Source of the DNA: Escherichia phage DK-13
DNA length: 64,000 nucleotides
Reading direction: 5' to 3' (one strand)
Sequence record: MT611523.1
Each line of letters opens with the position of its first letter. Position 1 is the first letter of the stretch. Below, piece by piece: positions 1 to 11,044 of the stretch. Below the pieces are notes generated by a model that was not told where the DNA came from, made no database searches, and was given only the letters and a program-made list of their open reading frames with translations. A program made the position numbers and the translations under genes.

Positions 1-269
1 ACCTGCAAGATGACTTTAATAAAATGGAAGCTCCGGCTGACCAAACAGTTTATTACACAATTGGCGAAATTGACTATTACTCTGATTATATTTTTTGGGA
101 TATCGCTGCGATTGGATTGACCTCCGACCACTTTGAAGTTCAATCAATCGAACTTTATGCAAGTCCTAACCAAGATAATATATACACGCAAGATGGTTCA
201 CTGATTGTATTTGAGAATGACCTTCGTCCGCAATATACAAAGATTGACCTTGAACCAATTACACTATAA
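1..269 (+). CDS. gp6: Baseplate wedge protein gp6, C-terminal fragment (5' end outside window)
   Basis: Open frame running into the window and ending just upstream of gp7; assignment by synteny only. Confidence 0.55.
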   Translation, partial: LQDDFNKMEAPADQTVYYTIGEIDYYSDYIFWDIAAIGLTSDHFEVQSIELYASPNQDNIYTQDGSLIVFENDLRPQYTKIDLEPITL

Positions 270-297
270 GCCTCTTCGGAGGCTTTTTAAGGAAACC

Positions 298-3200
298 ATG
301 ATGAGTGTTAAAGCCCCTTATGTAACCAGCTTACGGATTGATAAACTATCTGCTAACCAGGTTAGCATAAAATGGGATAATGTTGGCGCCAACTTTTATT
401 ATTTTGTTGAGATTGCTCCGACAAAAGAAAATGGTGTTGCTATTCCAGAAGAAAATCTGTTATGGAGGAATTTAGGTTATACTCCAGACAATGAATGGTT
501 CGAACAAGATTTTATTCGTCCAGTATCATTTTACAAAATGCGTGTTGCTGTTGCAGCAATGGGTTTTGAACAATCTGATTGGGTTTATACCGAAGAATTT
601 GAAACCTTTGCAACTAACGCATACACATTTGAACACATGCGTGAGTTTACATTAACAAATAAATTCATCGAAGAAAAATTCACAAACAATAACCAGGCTT
701 ATATCAACTTTAATAATGATGCAATTATGGCATCGCTGATGTCTGAAGATTTTAGCTTTACTCCTGCTTATTCTCATTTGTCTTCAATTTCAAACTATGT
801 ATTAAAAGAAGACCAATACCATGAAATTCAGGGTAGTATTCAGCCGGTGTGTAACGATGTTAATCGTACGATGATTGCTGAACTCGGTGGTGTACTGTAT
901 TTGTTTGAACGATTCCAGACAACTGTCAAAGTCTCCAATGATAAAGGGCAGAACTGGTATTATGTAAAATTGTTTAATGACCGTATCGGTAACCCAGTAT
1001 CGCGCACAATTTATTATCAATCAGATACGACAACTTATGTACTCGGATATGACCGAATTTTTTACGGTCGTAAATCAAGTGACATAAGATGGTCTGCTGA
1101 TGATGTTCGATTCAGTTCTCAGGATATAACATTTGCAAAAATTGGTTCGGATATCAATCTCGGATTTGATATTGAAATATTTGGCACATACGCAAGACTC
1201 CCGGCATATATCTCAACAATTGCCGAAGCAATTACTACGACCGATTCCATGATTTACGTTGCTGGCCGCGACCGTGTATACAAAGCTAAATCTTCTGATG
1301 CTCCAATTGATAACGACCCTAACTCCCCAACATTCGGTGAAAAATTATTTGAAGCTGGATATAGCACAATAAGCGGCAATCCAAAAGCTGTTTGTTACAA
1401 GATGGATTCAATTGACGGTGAAGTATTTGCATTAATCACGGGTGAAGTAAAGGAAGAACGCCAAGACCCGACTAAGCCTGAAAACGTTGTCGATTCATTA
1501 TCAAAGGGCGTTTATAAATTAAATACCGATACCGATACATGGACACGAGTTTTTGGTAATACAGAGGATGAACGTCGCCGTATTGAACATGGTTACACAA
1601 GCATGTCAACTGATGGAATTGAACTTTTTATCAGTTCAAGTAACTTCCGTTATTCCGTTGAGCCAGATACCGAACTCCCTACTAAGTATCCTGAAGAAGT
1701 TAACGAAGCAGTCAAATATGTGTATGATGAACAATGGATACATGACAAGCATTATTTGATGATGAGTTTTAGGTCAAATAAAGATTCAGGTTGGGAAGAG
1801 TTTAAACCTGGACGTATGTCATATTACGCTGAACCGTTCTTTAACTGGTCTCGCCGTGATGATACTCGTTGTTGGATTACCACATCAGACAGAGCTCTGG
1901 TTGTATATAATGACATGCTGTATCAAAAGATTATCGATACCTTTGGTGGTTCATCCCCTGAACGTATTGTACACGAATACTGGAATAAAGGTCAAGTAAA
2001 AGTTACTTCTCCTAACATCGAATTCAATGGCTTTAAAAAATATGCCTCGGGTATTATGTTACATAAAAATACTGGTGAGCTTATTGGTTATTTTGAATTT
2101 GACTATCGTATGCGTGATGAAGTTAGATTAATCTGGAAACCGAAAGAAGTTATGTTCACTGCAGAATTACAGAACCAGGAACATGATATTCCATGGACCC
2201 CGGATAATGATGAACAAGAGAAAGACCCGGACTTGCGTCCTCTTTTAACAAAGATGGTTCCGGATAGTTATTTGCTCCAGGATAGCAACTTCGAAAAATT
2301 CTGTGAATATTATTTGCAGTTTATCAGTGATGGCTCTGGCACATATTATAACAACCTTTTGAACTTGATTCGCAACCAGTACCCACGCGAGGAAGATGCA
2401 TGGGAATACCTTTGGAGTGAAATGTACAAAAGAAACATATATTTGTCAAAGACCAAGCGTGACGAAGTAGTTCGTTTCTTTGAAGCAAGACAGTCTGATT
2501 TTTGGGCAACCAAGGGGACTGAAGCATCCTATAAGTTTTTATTCAAATTGTTATATAATGAAGACGTTGAAATCGATATTGAATCCAAGAACGGAACCGA
2601 GTATGACATAATTGTCGAATCTGATAATATCAGCGAAGATATTGTTGGGCAAACAATTTACACACCAACCGGCCGCAGTAACGTTACCTATATGGAGCGT
2701 GACTACAAACAGGGTAAATTGAGATGGCGTATCACGATTCATAACTTGCTTGGTCGCTTTATTGTTGGGCAAGAAATTAAATCCGAAAGGACTTCCTTTG
2801 AAGGCATGATTGTTCAGGGCGTTCGCGGGAAAGAATTGCTTAGCAACAACATCGATTATATCAACCGAAATCGTTCTTACTATGTAATGACCATTAAATC
2901 AAGTCTCCCGACATCTCGTTATCGTAATGACGTATTGCGATTTGTTCATCCGGTTGGATTTGGATTTGTTGGAATTACATTATTGACAATGTTTGTTAAT
3001 GCTGGTCTGTCATTAAAACATACAGAAACCATTATCAATAAACTGAACAACTATCGTTGGTCGTCGGGTATTCCGTCAGAATGGTGTGACCGTATTGCAG
3101 TTATTGGAGCCGATGGAAACATTGAGCATAATGCTGTTACAGGCGAAGCAGTATATAATATTGCTCCTAACGCAGGTTTACCGTTCCCATTACCGGCAGA

Positions 3201-3396
3201 TTATGATGCCGAAAACGATTTTTCAGATTTTCATGGGACTCTCCCGTCTGAACGTCGTAAAAAATACAGTCCATTGTTTGACCAGTCTGCCGTGACTTTT
3301 GCGAACTGGCGCAATTTGGTTAATCAACGTCTTAAGGATGATATTGGTAATCCACGCGACCCGAAAGACCCATCACAGGTAAAGGTAAATGAATAA
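298..3396 (+). CDS. gp7: Baseplate wedge protein gp7
   Basis: 1032 aa from ATG 298, same length as T4 gp7; N-terminus MMSVKAPYVTSLRIDKLSANQV matches recalled T4 gp7; RBS AAGGA upstream. Confidence 0.9.
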   Translation: MMSVKAPYVTSLRIDKLSANQVSIKWDNVGANFYYFVEIAPTKENGVAIPEENLLWRNLGYTPDNEWFEQDFIRPVSFYKMRVAVAAMGFEQSDWVYTEEFETFATNAYTFEHMREFTLTNKFIEEKFTNNNQAYINFNNDAIMASLMSEDFSFTPAYSHLSSISNYVLKEDQYHEIQGSIQPVCNDVNRTMIAELGGVLYLFERFQTTVKVSNDKGQNWYYVKLFNDRIGNPVSRTIYYQSDTTTYVLGYDRIFYGRKSSDIRWSADDVRFSSQDITFAKIGSDINLGFDIEIFGTYARLPAYISTIAEAITTTDSMIYVAGRDRVYKAKSSDAPIDNDPNSPTFGEKLFEAGYSTISGNPKAVCYKMDSIDGEVFALITGEVKEERQDPTKPENVVDSLSKGVYKLNTDTDTWTRVFGNTEDERRRIEHGYTSMSTDGIELFISSSNFRYSVEPDTELPTKYPEEVNEAVKYVYDEQWIHDKHYLMMSFRSNKDSGWEEFKPGRMSYYAEPFFNWSRRDDTRCWITTSDRALVVYNDMLYQKIIDTFGGSSPERIVHEYWNKGQVKVTSPNIEFNGFKKYASGIMLHKNTGELIGYFEFDYRMRDEVRLIWKPKEVMFTAELQNQEHDIPWTPDNDEQEKDPDLRPLLTKMVPDSYLLQDSNFEKFCEYYLQFISDGSGTYYNNLLNLIRNQYPREEDAWEYLWSEMYKRNIYLSKTKRDEVVRFFEARQSDFWATKGTEASYKFLFKLLYNEDVEIDIESKNGTEYDIIVESDNISEDIVGQTIYTPTGRSNVTYMERDYKQGKLRWRITIHNLLGRFIVGQEIKSERTSFEGMIVQGVRGKELLSNNIDYINRNRSYYVMTIKSSLPTSRYRNDVLRFVHPVGFGFVGITLLTMFVNAGLSLKHTETIINKLNNYRWSSGIPSEWCDRIAVIGADGNIEHNAVTGEAVYNIAPNAGLPFPLPADYDAENDFSDFHGTLPSERRKKYSPLFDQSAVTFANWRNLVNQRLKDDIGNPRDPKDPSQVKVNE

Positions 3397-4393
3397 TTCA
3401 TCTGTAGTTTATCGTTCGATAATTACCTCGAAATTTCGAACTGAAAAAATGTATAACTTTTATAAAATGATTGGTAATGAGCCCGACCAGAATACGATGT
3501 ATGTAACGTTCGGTCGTGCTGAACCCTGGGCTTCGAATGAGAATGACCCGGGGTTCGCCCCTCCTTATCCGGTTGACACAGCACAAGGTGTTGAAGATAC
3601 TTGGACAAATATGATGGGTGCAGTCAAAGTTTATAAGTCAATGCTTGATTGTGTTGTCCCACGTAAAGACTGGGGCGATATCAGATATCCCAATCCGCTT
3701 AACTTCCAGGTAGGGGAAATTGTTGTAGCTAACAGTGCTCCGTATAACCGAACTGATGTTGGTAAAGGTTGGATGGTTTATCGTTGTGTAGACGTTCCTG
3801 ATGTTGGGACTTGCTCCATTTATTCTATTATCAATAAAGAAGAGTGTTTAAAACTCGGTGGTAAATGGACTGCAGAATATAACTCGACGAGAGCTCCAGC
3901 TGGGACTGGTGATACAGAAGGACGAGTCGATATGGGCGATGGTTATCTCTGGGAATATTTGTATGAGATTCCACCTGATGTATCCATCAACCGTTGTACT
4001 AACGAATATATTGTTGTTCCATGGCCTGAAGAAATCGAAGAAGACCCATCACGTTGGGGCTACAAAGACAATATCAGCTGGCAACAAGATGATTTCGGTT
4101 TAATATACAGAATCAAAGGATATACAATCAGATTTAAAGCATTTATGGATTCCATTTATTTCCCAGAGTTCAGTCTTCCAGGGAACAAAGGCTTCCGCCA
4201 GCTGTCGATTATATCCAACCCACTTGAAGTTAAAGTACATCCTAATGACCCAAATATCAAAGCAATCAAAGAATACTACGATGCAATTGATTTGGACCGT
4301 CATTCCGGGGAAATGATTTATATGGAAAACCGCCCACCGATTATTCGTGCAATGGACCAGACAGAAGAAGTTAACATTATTTTTGAATTCTAG
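3389..4393 (+). CDS. gp8: Baseplate wedge protein gp8
   Basis: 334 aa as in T4 gp8; position after gp7; start overlaps gp7 stop. Confidence 0.85.
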   Translation: MNNSSVVYRSIITSKFRTEKMYNFYKMIGNEPDQNTMYVTFGRAEPWASNENDPGFAPPYPVDTAQGVEDTWTNMMGAVKVYKSMLDCVVPRKDWGDIRYPNPLNFQVGEIVVANSAPYNRTDVGKGWMVYRCVDVPDVGTCSIYSIINKEECLKLGGKWTAEYNSTRAPAGTGDTEGRVDMGDGYLWEYLYEIPPDVSINRCTNEYIVVPWPEEIEEDPSRWGYKDNISWQQDDFGLIYRIKGYTIRFKAFMDSIYFPEFSLPGNKGFRQLSIISNPLEVKVHPNDPNIKAIKEYYDAIDLDRHSGEMIYMENRPPIIRAMDQTEEVNIIFEF

Positions 4394-4396
4394 CAA

Positions 4397-4418
4397 GGGA
4401 CCTTCGGGTCCCTTTTTT
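4397..4418 (+). terminator. Hairpin GGGACC-TTCG-GGTCCC plus T-run after gp8
   Basis: Perfect 6-bp GC-rich stem, tetraloop, T stretch (coordinates approximate). Confidence 0.7.
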
Positions 4419-4422
4419 ATTC

Positions 4423-4430
4423 TATAAATA
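4423..4430 (+). promoter_or_regulatory. T4-type late promoter TATAAATA upstream of gp9
   Basis: Exact TATAAATA about 30 nt upstream of start. Confidence 0.65.
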
Positions 4431-4457
4431 TAGCTATATCAATAACGAGGCTTACCT

Positions 4458-5327
4458 ATGATTAATCAAACCCCAAAATTATTAGTAGACATCGGCGAGA
4501 TTGGTAACGCCAGCACCGGTGATATTCTATATGAAGGCGGTCGTAAACTGAACGTGGATTTAGACAGTTTGTATAATACATTCGGCGACCAGCGTCTGTA
4601 CTCTGTGAACAATGGAGAAAACTCCCAGGTACTTCATGCTACTGGCTACTATCAAAAAGCCACAAATATCATCGAATGGAACTCGACTGTTGCCCTCGGT
4701 TCTATGCGGGATGTCAATACTGCCGAAGGTGTTATCACTGCAAGAATTGCAAAAGGTAAAGCAGGCGAAGGTGTTATCTTTATTAACTCCAATGGTTCAT
4801 TATCCACCTCGTTGCCTCTGGAAGTTGAACTACAAGGCACGGATTCATTCCTGACTGCTGCAACGAACAAAATGAAATTTACTCAGCCTTATACAAAAAT
4901 TACATTGTGGTGTATTGACGATGCTAACGGCGTAGGGACCTGGGACTACAAAATTGAAAGTATGTTTGGCAACCAATCTGTATTGCTCGACAAAACATAC
5001 AATATGAGCTCGGTTGTTCGTGATATTCCACTTGCTTTCCGCGCAGATTATAAAACTATCAAATTGATGCTGACAGCTATTTCAACAGACGAAACTAAAT
5101 ACAAAGCATCAGAAATATTACTTTACATCGACCTTAAGGACCGCAAGGTATATAGCACAGAATACGCTGTAATCAGACGTGGACAAACTAATGAAGAAGA
5201 TGAGATATATGCCATCGATTTTAGAATTGATAACCAGGATATCATTCAGGCGGCTATAAGCTCACCCACTGCCATGAAGCTCGCTGTTAAAGTAATTTCC
5301 GCCCAAACAATCGGAGTACCGGTATAA
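4458..5327 (+). CDS. gp9: Baseplate wedge / long tail fibre socket protein gp9
   Basis: 289 aa; GEIGNASTGDIL...HATGYYQK matches recalled T4 gp9. Confidence 0.85.
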   Translation: MINQTPKLLVDIGEIGNASTGDILYEGGRKLNVDLDSLYNTFGDQRLYSVNNGENSQVLHATGYYQKATNIIEWNSTVALGSMRDVNTAEGVITARIAKGKAGEGVIFINSNGSLSTSLPLEVELQGTDSFLTAATNKMKFTQPYTKITLWCIDDANGVGTWDYKIESMFGNQSVLLDKTYNMSSVVRDIPLAFRADYKTIKLMLTAISTDETKYKASEILLYIDLKDRKVYSTEYAVIRRGQTNEEDEIYAIDFRIDNQDIIQAAISSPTAMKLAVKVISAQTIGVPV

Positions 5328-7138
5328 TGAAACAGAATTTAAAAATTGGCAATATGGTTGATGATGGTACTGGTGATTACCTTCGTCTCGGCGGTCAAAA
5401 AATAAACAATAACTTTGACGACCTTTATTATCAGCTGGGTGATGGTGAAAATCCTCATGCGGCTGGTGCATGGAAAACTTGGACTACACAAGAAGGCACC
5501 GAGTTGTCTGCTGTTATGGGTCGAAGCTATACCATCGATACATCAGCCGGTGCGGTTCGAGTCGTCCTCCCGAAAGGAACAACTCAAGAATACAATTATG
5601 TAATTCGCTTGCGTGACGTGTTTGCTACCTGGCAAATCAACCCGGTGACAATTGTTCCTGCAGTCGGGGATACGATTAAAGGCTCACCAAATCCAGTAGA
5701 AATTAAACGCAACTTAGCTGACCTTGAACTTGTATATTGTTCACCAGGTCGTTGGGAATATATCGATAATAAACAAGTCGATAAAATTTCAAATAACGAC
5801 GTTGCTACGGTTGCATCCCAACAGTTTATTGCTACCGAAGGACAAACTGACTTTATCAATGTGTTTGGTGCTATTCCGTATAGCGTATCGAACTTAGAAG
5901 TCAAACATCGTGGTAACGACCTGTTTTATGGTAAAGATGATATTTTCGACCCGGTGAATGCTGAATTTGGTTCCCCTGGTGCAAACCCTGGCGAAATTGT
6001 TGCGCTTGACGGCAAAAGCATCCGTCTGAAAATGCCATGCGCCGAAGGTGATACGGTTATCATCCGAACATTTAATGATGGTATTGCACAATGGCGTAGT
6101 TCGTATAATCGTCGTGATGTACTTGTTCGTAGTCAGGACAGGACCAAAGAAACAACAATTAATGGTTCTTTGATTGTTACAGATTTGACAACCAAACACA
6201 CCTTTACAATTGAAGAACTTGGTATTTCTCCGGGTAGTCCAATTAACCCAAACGCATGTCAGGTATTCATTAACAGTATTTTACAACACCAAGCCGGGAC
6301 TGCAGGAACTCCAGTATTTTATTGCGAAGGTGCACAAGGTTCCACTGCGGCAGAATGTAGCGCAAATGGTGGCAGTTGGTCTGAATCAACCCAGGATTAT
6401 TTGCTGCAATTTGATGATGACAACCGCATCGAAGGTATTAGCATTTATCGTGAATTTGAAGACGGTGATATTCTGTCGGTCATTTGGTACAATAACGATA
6501 TCGGCACAACTATGACCATGGATGAAATCCGTGATGAGACTGACACTCTTTATGTTTCTCAGGGAAATACATTGAGCCTAACTGGTCGTGTACGTATTAC
6601 AGATTTTGATAATCCGTTTGCACCAAACGTTGAACCGGTCGGTCTTCAGGAAGTTGTTCCATCTTCTGTTGGCGCTATCTTTGAATTATTCTATCCGGTT
6701 GGTACAATTTACGAAAATACGGTTAACCCGAATAACCCGGTTACTTATATGGGATTCGGTTCATGGAAACGTTTGAAAGAACGTGTAATCGTTGCCTGGT
6801 CTGATGACCCTGCCTCAAACTTCCATACAAACAATAATGACCTGGATTCTGGTGGTAACCCACAAGCGACAGCGGGTGGCACAGGTGGCAGTGTTGAAGT
6901 TCATATTAAAGATATAAACGTACCTAAACTTGAAACCGATGAGAAAGTTTTGGTTGTTGATGATAATGGTCCGATTGTTGTTGGCGGTTGTCAGGTAGAC
7001 CCAGATGCACAAGGTCCAGCCTATACCAAATACAGAGAAGACAAAGCCACTATTAATCAGGCGCAAGACCCTCAAGCTCAACCGGTTTATACAATGCCTC
7101 CATATTTGATTGCTCATCGCTGGGTAAGGATTGCTTAA
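5327..7138 (+). CDS. gp10: Baseplate wedge protein gp10
   Basis: 603 aa; strong match to recalled T4 gp10 at both N-terminus (MKQNLKIGN..DDGTGDYLR) and C-terminus (RWVRIA). Confidence 0.9.
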   Translation: MKQNLKIGNMVDDGTGDYLRLGGQKINNNFDDLYYQLGDGENPHAAGAWKTWTTQEGTELSAVMGRSYTIDTSAGAVRVVLPKGTTQEYNYVIRLRDVFATWQINPVTIVPAVGDTIKGSPNPVEIKRNLADLELVYCSPGRWEYIDNKQVDKISNNDVATVASQQFIATEGQTDFINVFGAIPYSVSNLEVKHRGNDLFYGKDDIFDPVNAEFGSPGANPGEIVALDGKSIRLKMPCAEGDTVIIRTFNDGIAQWRSSYNRRDVLVRSQDRTKETTINGSLIVTDLTTKHTFTIEELGISPGSPINPNACQVFINSILQHQAGTAGTPVFYCEGAQGSTAAECSANGGSWSESTQDYLLQFDDDNRIEGISIYREFEDGDILSVIWYNNDIGTTMTMDEIRDETDTLYVSQGNTLSLTGRVRITDFDNPFAPNVEPVGLQEVVPSSVGAIFELFYPVGTIYENTVNPNNPVTYMGFGSWKRLKERVIVAWSDDPASNFHTNNNDLDSGGNPQATAGGTGGSVEVHIKDINVPKLETDEKVLVVDDNGPIVVGGCQVDPDAQGPAYTKYREDKATINQAQDPQAQPVYTMPPYLIAHRWVRIA

Positions 7139-7803
7139 TGAAAACATTAACGAATAAAAAGGCTGGAGTAATTTCCCGCCTTGCTAGTCACTTAGAATTT
7201 CAAAATACATCAAAAAATATTACGGCTGTCATGGGTCAACGAGCAATCGGCGGCCCATCCGCAACACAAACAACCGAGGGTATTTTTTATCCAACAGTTC
7301 AGAGCGCAATAGACGATATTGCGTTTCGATATGAGCTTCCGGTTGGCAGTGTAATTACTAATACGAATAACCTTTCTCCTGCGGCAATTAGCCAGTCGGA
7401 TAAAATTAAATTCACCGGGTCTATTTCTGGCGCAGGGGTCGGTGATACTGTTTTGTTTTTCATTTTTGGTATTCCAGTTGAGGTTATTGTCGGGGATTCG
7501 GCTGTATTAGTTGCTTCCAAGGTTAACGATGCTTTGCTGACGGCTGTTGCTGATAGTTTAATTGTGTCAAGCTCTGCAATTGATAGTGTGGACCAGTCTA
7601 TATTAAATATTACATATAACGACTACCAAAACCATAATTTTGTACCTTTCACTCAATATGGTTGTACGCTTAGCCAGACTATTACACAGCAACCGCGCGG
7701 TGGTTATGGTTCATGGGAATATCTTGGAACTTCAACCCAGACATTATCAGGTGGCACAGCAAATGGCGCAATTTCACTTTACCATTATAAGCGAGTATCG
7801 TAA
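7138..7803 (+). CDS. gp11: Baseplate wedge / short tail fibre attachment protein gp11
   Basis: 221 aa; synteny between gp10 and gp12; ATGA-type overlaps. Confidence 0.8.
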   Translation: MKTLTNKKAGVISRLASHLEFQNTSKNITAVMGQRAIGGPSATQTTEGIFYPTVQSAIDDIAFRYELPVGSVITNTNNLSPAAISQSDKIKFTGSISGAGVGDTVLFFIFGIPVEVIVGDSAVLVASKVNDALLTAVADSLIVSSSAIDSVDQSILNITYNDYQNHNFVPFTQYGCTLSQTITQQPRGGYGSWEYLGTSTQTLSGGTANGAISLYHYKRVS

Positions 7804-9353
7804 TGACAACGACTAACACGCTAAAACACATTAGCGATAAATCCGAATATAAAACGTTCGACCCGACGGGGACAGCCTTCCCGTCGACTGTTACCAACGT
7901 ACAAGAGGCTTTAGGGTCTCTTAATAAAATTGCGTTAGATGGATATATCCCAGCCTCTTCCGAAACGACTGCAGGACTCATCAGACTAGCCACCACACAA
8001 GAAGTTATTGATGGTATTAGTCCAGACTCTGCAGTTACTCCAGCGACCTTAAAAGCTCGTTTAGACATCCCTACGCAAGCCACAGAAACTTATGTAGGTA
8101 TTACCCGTTATGCAACCAATGCTGAAGCAATTGCCGGGACAGTAACCGATGCGGCTATTGTTCCATCTTCATTAAAAGCAACAATTGATGATGTTTTTAC
8201 TGTTCGTGTCGGTACCGAAAATAATTTGGGTGTTCTTCGTATTAGTACCGAGGATGCAGCTTTAGCTGGTACAGATGATACAACTGCTATGTCTCCGTTG
8301 AAAGTTGCTCTGGCAATTGGCAAAGCAACAGCAGCTCTTCCGACTTATTCAACTGCCACACAAACTGTTTCTGGTTTAGTACGAATTGCTACAAATGCTG
8401 AAGTGCAAGCAGGAACTCTGGGTGACGGTGTAGCAATTTCTCCGGCTGGTTTAAATGCTCGTACAGCAACACAAGACCGCGCGGGGATTATTCGTCTTGG
8501 TACTCAGTCAGAGATTAATAACAGTGCTGATGGTGTTGCGGTAACCGGAGCAACTCTTAATGGTCGTGGTGCTACAACCGATATTCGCGGTGTTGTTAGA
8601 TTAACTACTCAGGCTGGGGTTGCTCCTGGTGGTGACGGTGCCGGGGCGCTGGCTTGGAACGCCGATGTAATCAACACTCGCGGCGGTCAACGAATTAATG
8701 GAAGTCTTTCTTTAGATTATATTTCCACCGGCAATTTTGATTCTAATACGGCCCATATGGGTGGCCAATTACTTTCCACACAGCGTTATGCTTCCGAACG
8801 CGTTCCTGTCGGAACAGTGATGATGTTCGCGGGTGATAGTGCTCCTCCTGGTTGGATTATGTGTCATGGTGGCACCGTTAATGGTGACCAATTCCCTGAC
8901 TATCGAAATACTGTTGGAACTCGTTTTGGTGGCGATTGGACTAACGTCGGTATTCCTGATATGCGCGGTTTGTTTGTTCGCGGTGCTGGTACCGGTGGAC
9001 ATATTCTGAATAACCGCGGTCAAGATGGTTATGGCAAAGACCGTTTGGGTGTTGGTTGTGATGGTTCATGGGTCGGTGGTGTACAAGCTCAGCAAATGTC
9101 ATATCATAAACACGCGGGTGGCTGGGGTGAATACCAACGCAACGAAGCTCCATTTGGTGCATCAGTTTATCAGGGTTATCTGGGCACAAGAAAATATGCA
9201 GACTGGGATAACGCTTCATATTTTACTAACGATGGATTTGAACTCGGTGGCGGCAGAGATGCTTTAGGTACATTAAACCGTGAAGGTCTTATTGGTTATG
9301 AAACTCGCCCATGGAATATGTCTTTAAACTATATTATCAAAATTCATTACTAA
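7803..9353 (+). CDS. gp12: Short tail fibre protein gp12
   Basis: 516 aa, Ala/Thr/Gly-rich repeats, C-terminal receptor-binding region; synteny. Confidence 0.8.
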   Translation: MTTTNTLKHISDKSEYKTFDPTGTAFPSTVTNVQEALGSLNKIALDGYIPASSETTAGLIRLATTQEVIDGISPDSAVTPATLKARLDIPTQATETYVGITRYATNAEAIAGTVTDAAIVPSSLKATIDDVFTVRVGTENNLGVLRISTEDAALAGTDDTTAMSPLKVALAIGKATAALPTYSTATQTVSGLVRIATNAEVQAGTLGDGVAISPAGLNARTATQDRAGIIRLGTQSEINNSADGVAVTGATLNGRGATTDIRGVVRLTTQAGVAPGGDGAGALAWNADVINTRGGQRINGSLSLDYISTGNFDSNTAHMGGQLLSTQRYASERVPVGTVMMFAGDSAPPGWIMCHGGTVNGDQFPDYRNTVGTRFGGDWTNVGIPDMRGLFVRGAGTGGHILNNRGQDGYGKDRLGVGCDGSWVGGVQAQQMSYHKHAGGWGEYQRNEAPFGASVYQGYLGTRKYADWDNASYFTNDGFELGGGRDALGTLNREGLIGYETRPWNMSLNYIIKIHY

Positions 9354-9361
9354 GGACCAAA

Positions 9362-10993
9362 ATGATTAATAAACTCAGTCTCAAAGAGCTGCCGTATAGC
9401 ATCGGTATTCCAGACGAAGGTCAACAGAGAATTCGTTGGATACAAAACGGCGATTGTATGACTGCGGCCAGTACCAAATATGGTTATGATGGTAATTTGA
9501 ACGCCGCTGCAGTTGGCGTTCAAACAAACGTAGATACACTCGACGACAACTCAAATGCATCTAAAGAAAAAATCAACGAAATTATTGATAACGTCAATAA
9601 TATTCAGGAAGCTTTGGATATAACAACTAACACAGAAGTTGTTAAACAAATTGAAAAAAACCGTACGGATATTCTTGACCTTGATGAACGTCAATTTAAT
9701 ACCGAATTGCTGTCAAGTGAAACATCCGAAGGTCTTAAAACGTTAAAAGAAGATGTTGGTGCTTATGACCCGTTAACCGATTCATATTATCGCACAGTTC
9801 GTAATGACCTCGTATGGATTAAAAATGAATTAGGTCAGTATGTTGACCAAGATATAAATGGTCTCCAGGTTATCGGCAATCCATCAAAAGGCATGAAACG
9901 CCGCATCATCGATAACAGTTCTGCTATTGTTGCTCATGGAGTTCGTATTAAGACTCTTGAGGACAATTACCATGATTCTGATGTTGGTTCTCTTAACGTA
10001 AAAGTAATTAAAATTCGCGAAGAATTAGGTGAGTCTACTTTAGCAATAGGTAAACCGGCTGTATTTGTTAGACTGAATACTCTTGATGGTAAAGCAGTCG
10101 AAATTGACGAAGATATTGCCAACATTCAAGAAGCTATTGGTTTTGGTACAGGGATTGCAATTACAACCCGCGTTGAAAATCTTGGTGGGCGTGTTTCGGT
10201 CAATGAAACAGATATTGCGAATATCAAACCAAGACTCACTAAGGTTGAAGCTGATATTGGAACAGCACTGGAGCCATTGACAATTAATGGTCGAATCAGT
10301 GCTTTACGAGCGGATGTCAATGGATTACAGGTTGTTGTTGGCCAGGATTCAAGTTCCGGTTTGCGTGGTACCACTGCATGGCTTTCTCAGAGAATCGGTA
10401 CAGAGCAATCTCCAGAGCCAAACACTATCACGTATAAGTTGAATGCAACCACTACGCTGGCTAACGAAACTGCATCAGGTCTCCAGGATGTACAAGCTGA
10501 AATTGGTACAAATAACACTGGTATGAAAGGTTCTATTTTGACTTTAACTAGTCAGATGAATGGTACAAACCCTAACGGTGCTACTGTGGCTGAACGTGGT
10601 GTTCTTCCGGTTGTAATTAACTTGGATATGCTGATGGCGTCCAAGCTGAACGATGCACCACTGGATAATAAGCTATATGGACGTAAGCAAGGAACCTGGG
10701 CTGAAATTATCGATGCTAAAACCGAGATTGATGCAATTAAACTCGATACTGCAAAAATCGCACCATTAACTACTCGTGTGACAACTCTTGAAGGTACAGT
10801 AACTCCGCTTCCTGGTCGCCTGGATGCGGCCGAGACGAAGATAACTACTTTAGAAGGTAAAGTATCAGCCTTAGAAACAGAGCTCGCCAAAAGGCCTCCT
10901 GTCGCTCCTGTGGCCGATGGCCTCCCGTATGTTCTAGTTGATAATGCATGGGTTCTTTTGTCAACATTTGTGACATTAAATCCAGCACCATAA
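9362..10993 (+). CDS. wac: Fibritin (whisker antigen control) with C-terminal foldon
   Basis: Start MINKLSLKELPY..EGQQRIRWIQNG resembles T4 fibritin N-terminus; coiled-coil body; C-terminal GLPYVLVDNAWVLLSTF foldon-like motif; RBS AAGGA. Confidence 0.85.
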   Translation: MINKLSLKELPYSIGIPDEGQQRIRWIQNGDCMTAASTKYGYDGNLNAAAVGVQTNVDTLDDNSNASKEKINEIIDNVNNIQEALDITTNTEVVKQIEKNRTDILDLDERQFNTELLSSETSEGLKTLKEDVGAYDPLTDSYYRTVRNDLVWIKNELGQYVDQDINGLQVIGNPSKGMKRRIIDNSSAIVAHGVRIKTLEDNYHDSDVGSLNVKVIKIREELGESTLAIGKPAVFVRLNTLDGKAVEIDEDIANIQEAIGFGTGIAITTRVENLGGRVSVNETDIANIKPRLTKVEADIGTALEPLTINGRISALRADVNGLQVVVGQDSSSGLRGTTAWLSQRIGTEQSPEPNTITYKLNATTTLANETASGLQDVQAEIGTNNTGMKGSILTLTSQMNGTNPNGATVAERGVLPVVINLDMLMASKLNDAPLDNKLYGRKQGTWAEIIDAKTEIDAIKLDTAKIAPLTTRVTTLEGTVTPLPGRLDAAETKITTLEGKVSALETELAKRPPVAPVADGLPYVLVDNAWVLLSTFVTLNPAP

Positions 10994-10994
10994 T

Positions 10995-11018
10995 AAAAGG
11001 GCTTCGGCCCTTTTTTCG
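10995..11018 (+). terminator. Hairpin GGGC-TTCG-GCCC plus T-run after wac
   Basis: Stem-loop plus T6. Confidence 0.65.
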
Positions 11019-11028
11019 TATAAATACA

Positions 11029-11036
11029 GTAAAGAG
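11029..11036 (+). promoter_or_regulatory. Late promoter TATAAATA upstream of gp13
   Basis: Exact late-promoter octamer. Confidence 0.65.
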
Positions 11037-11044
11037 GAAAACAT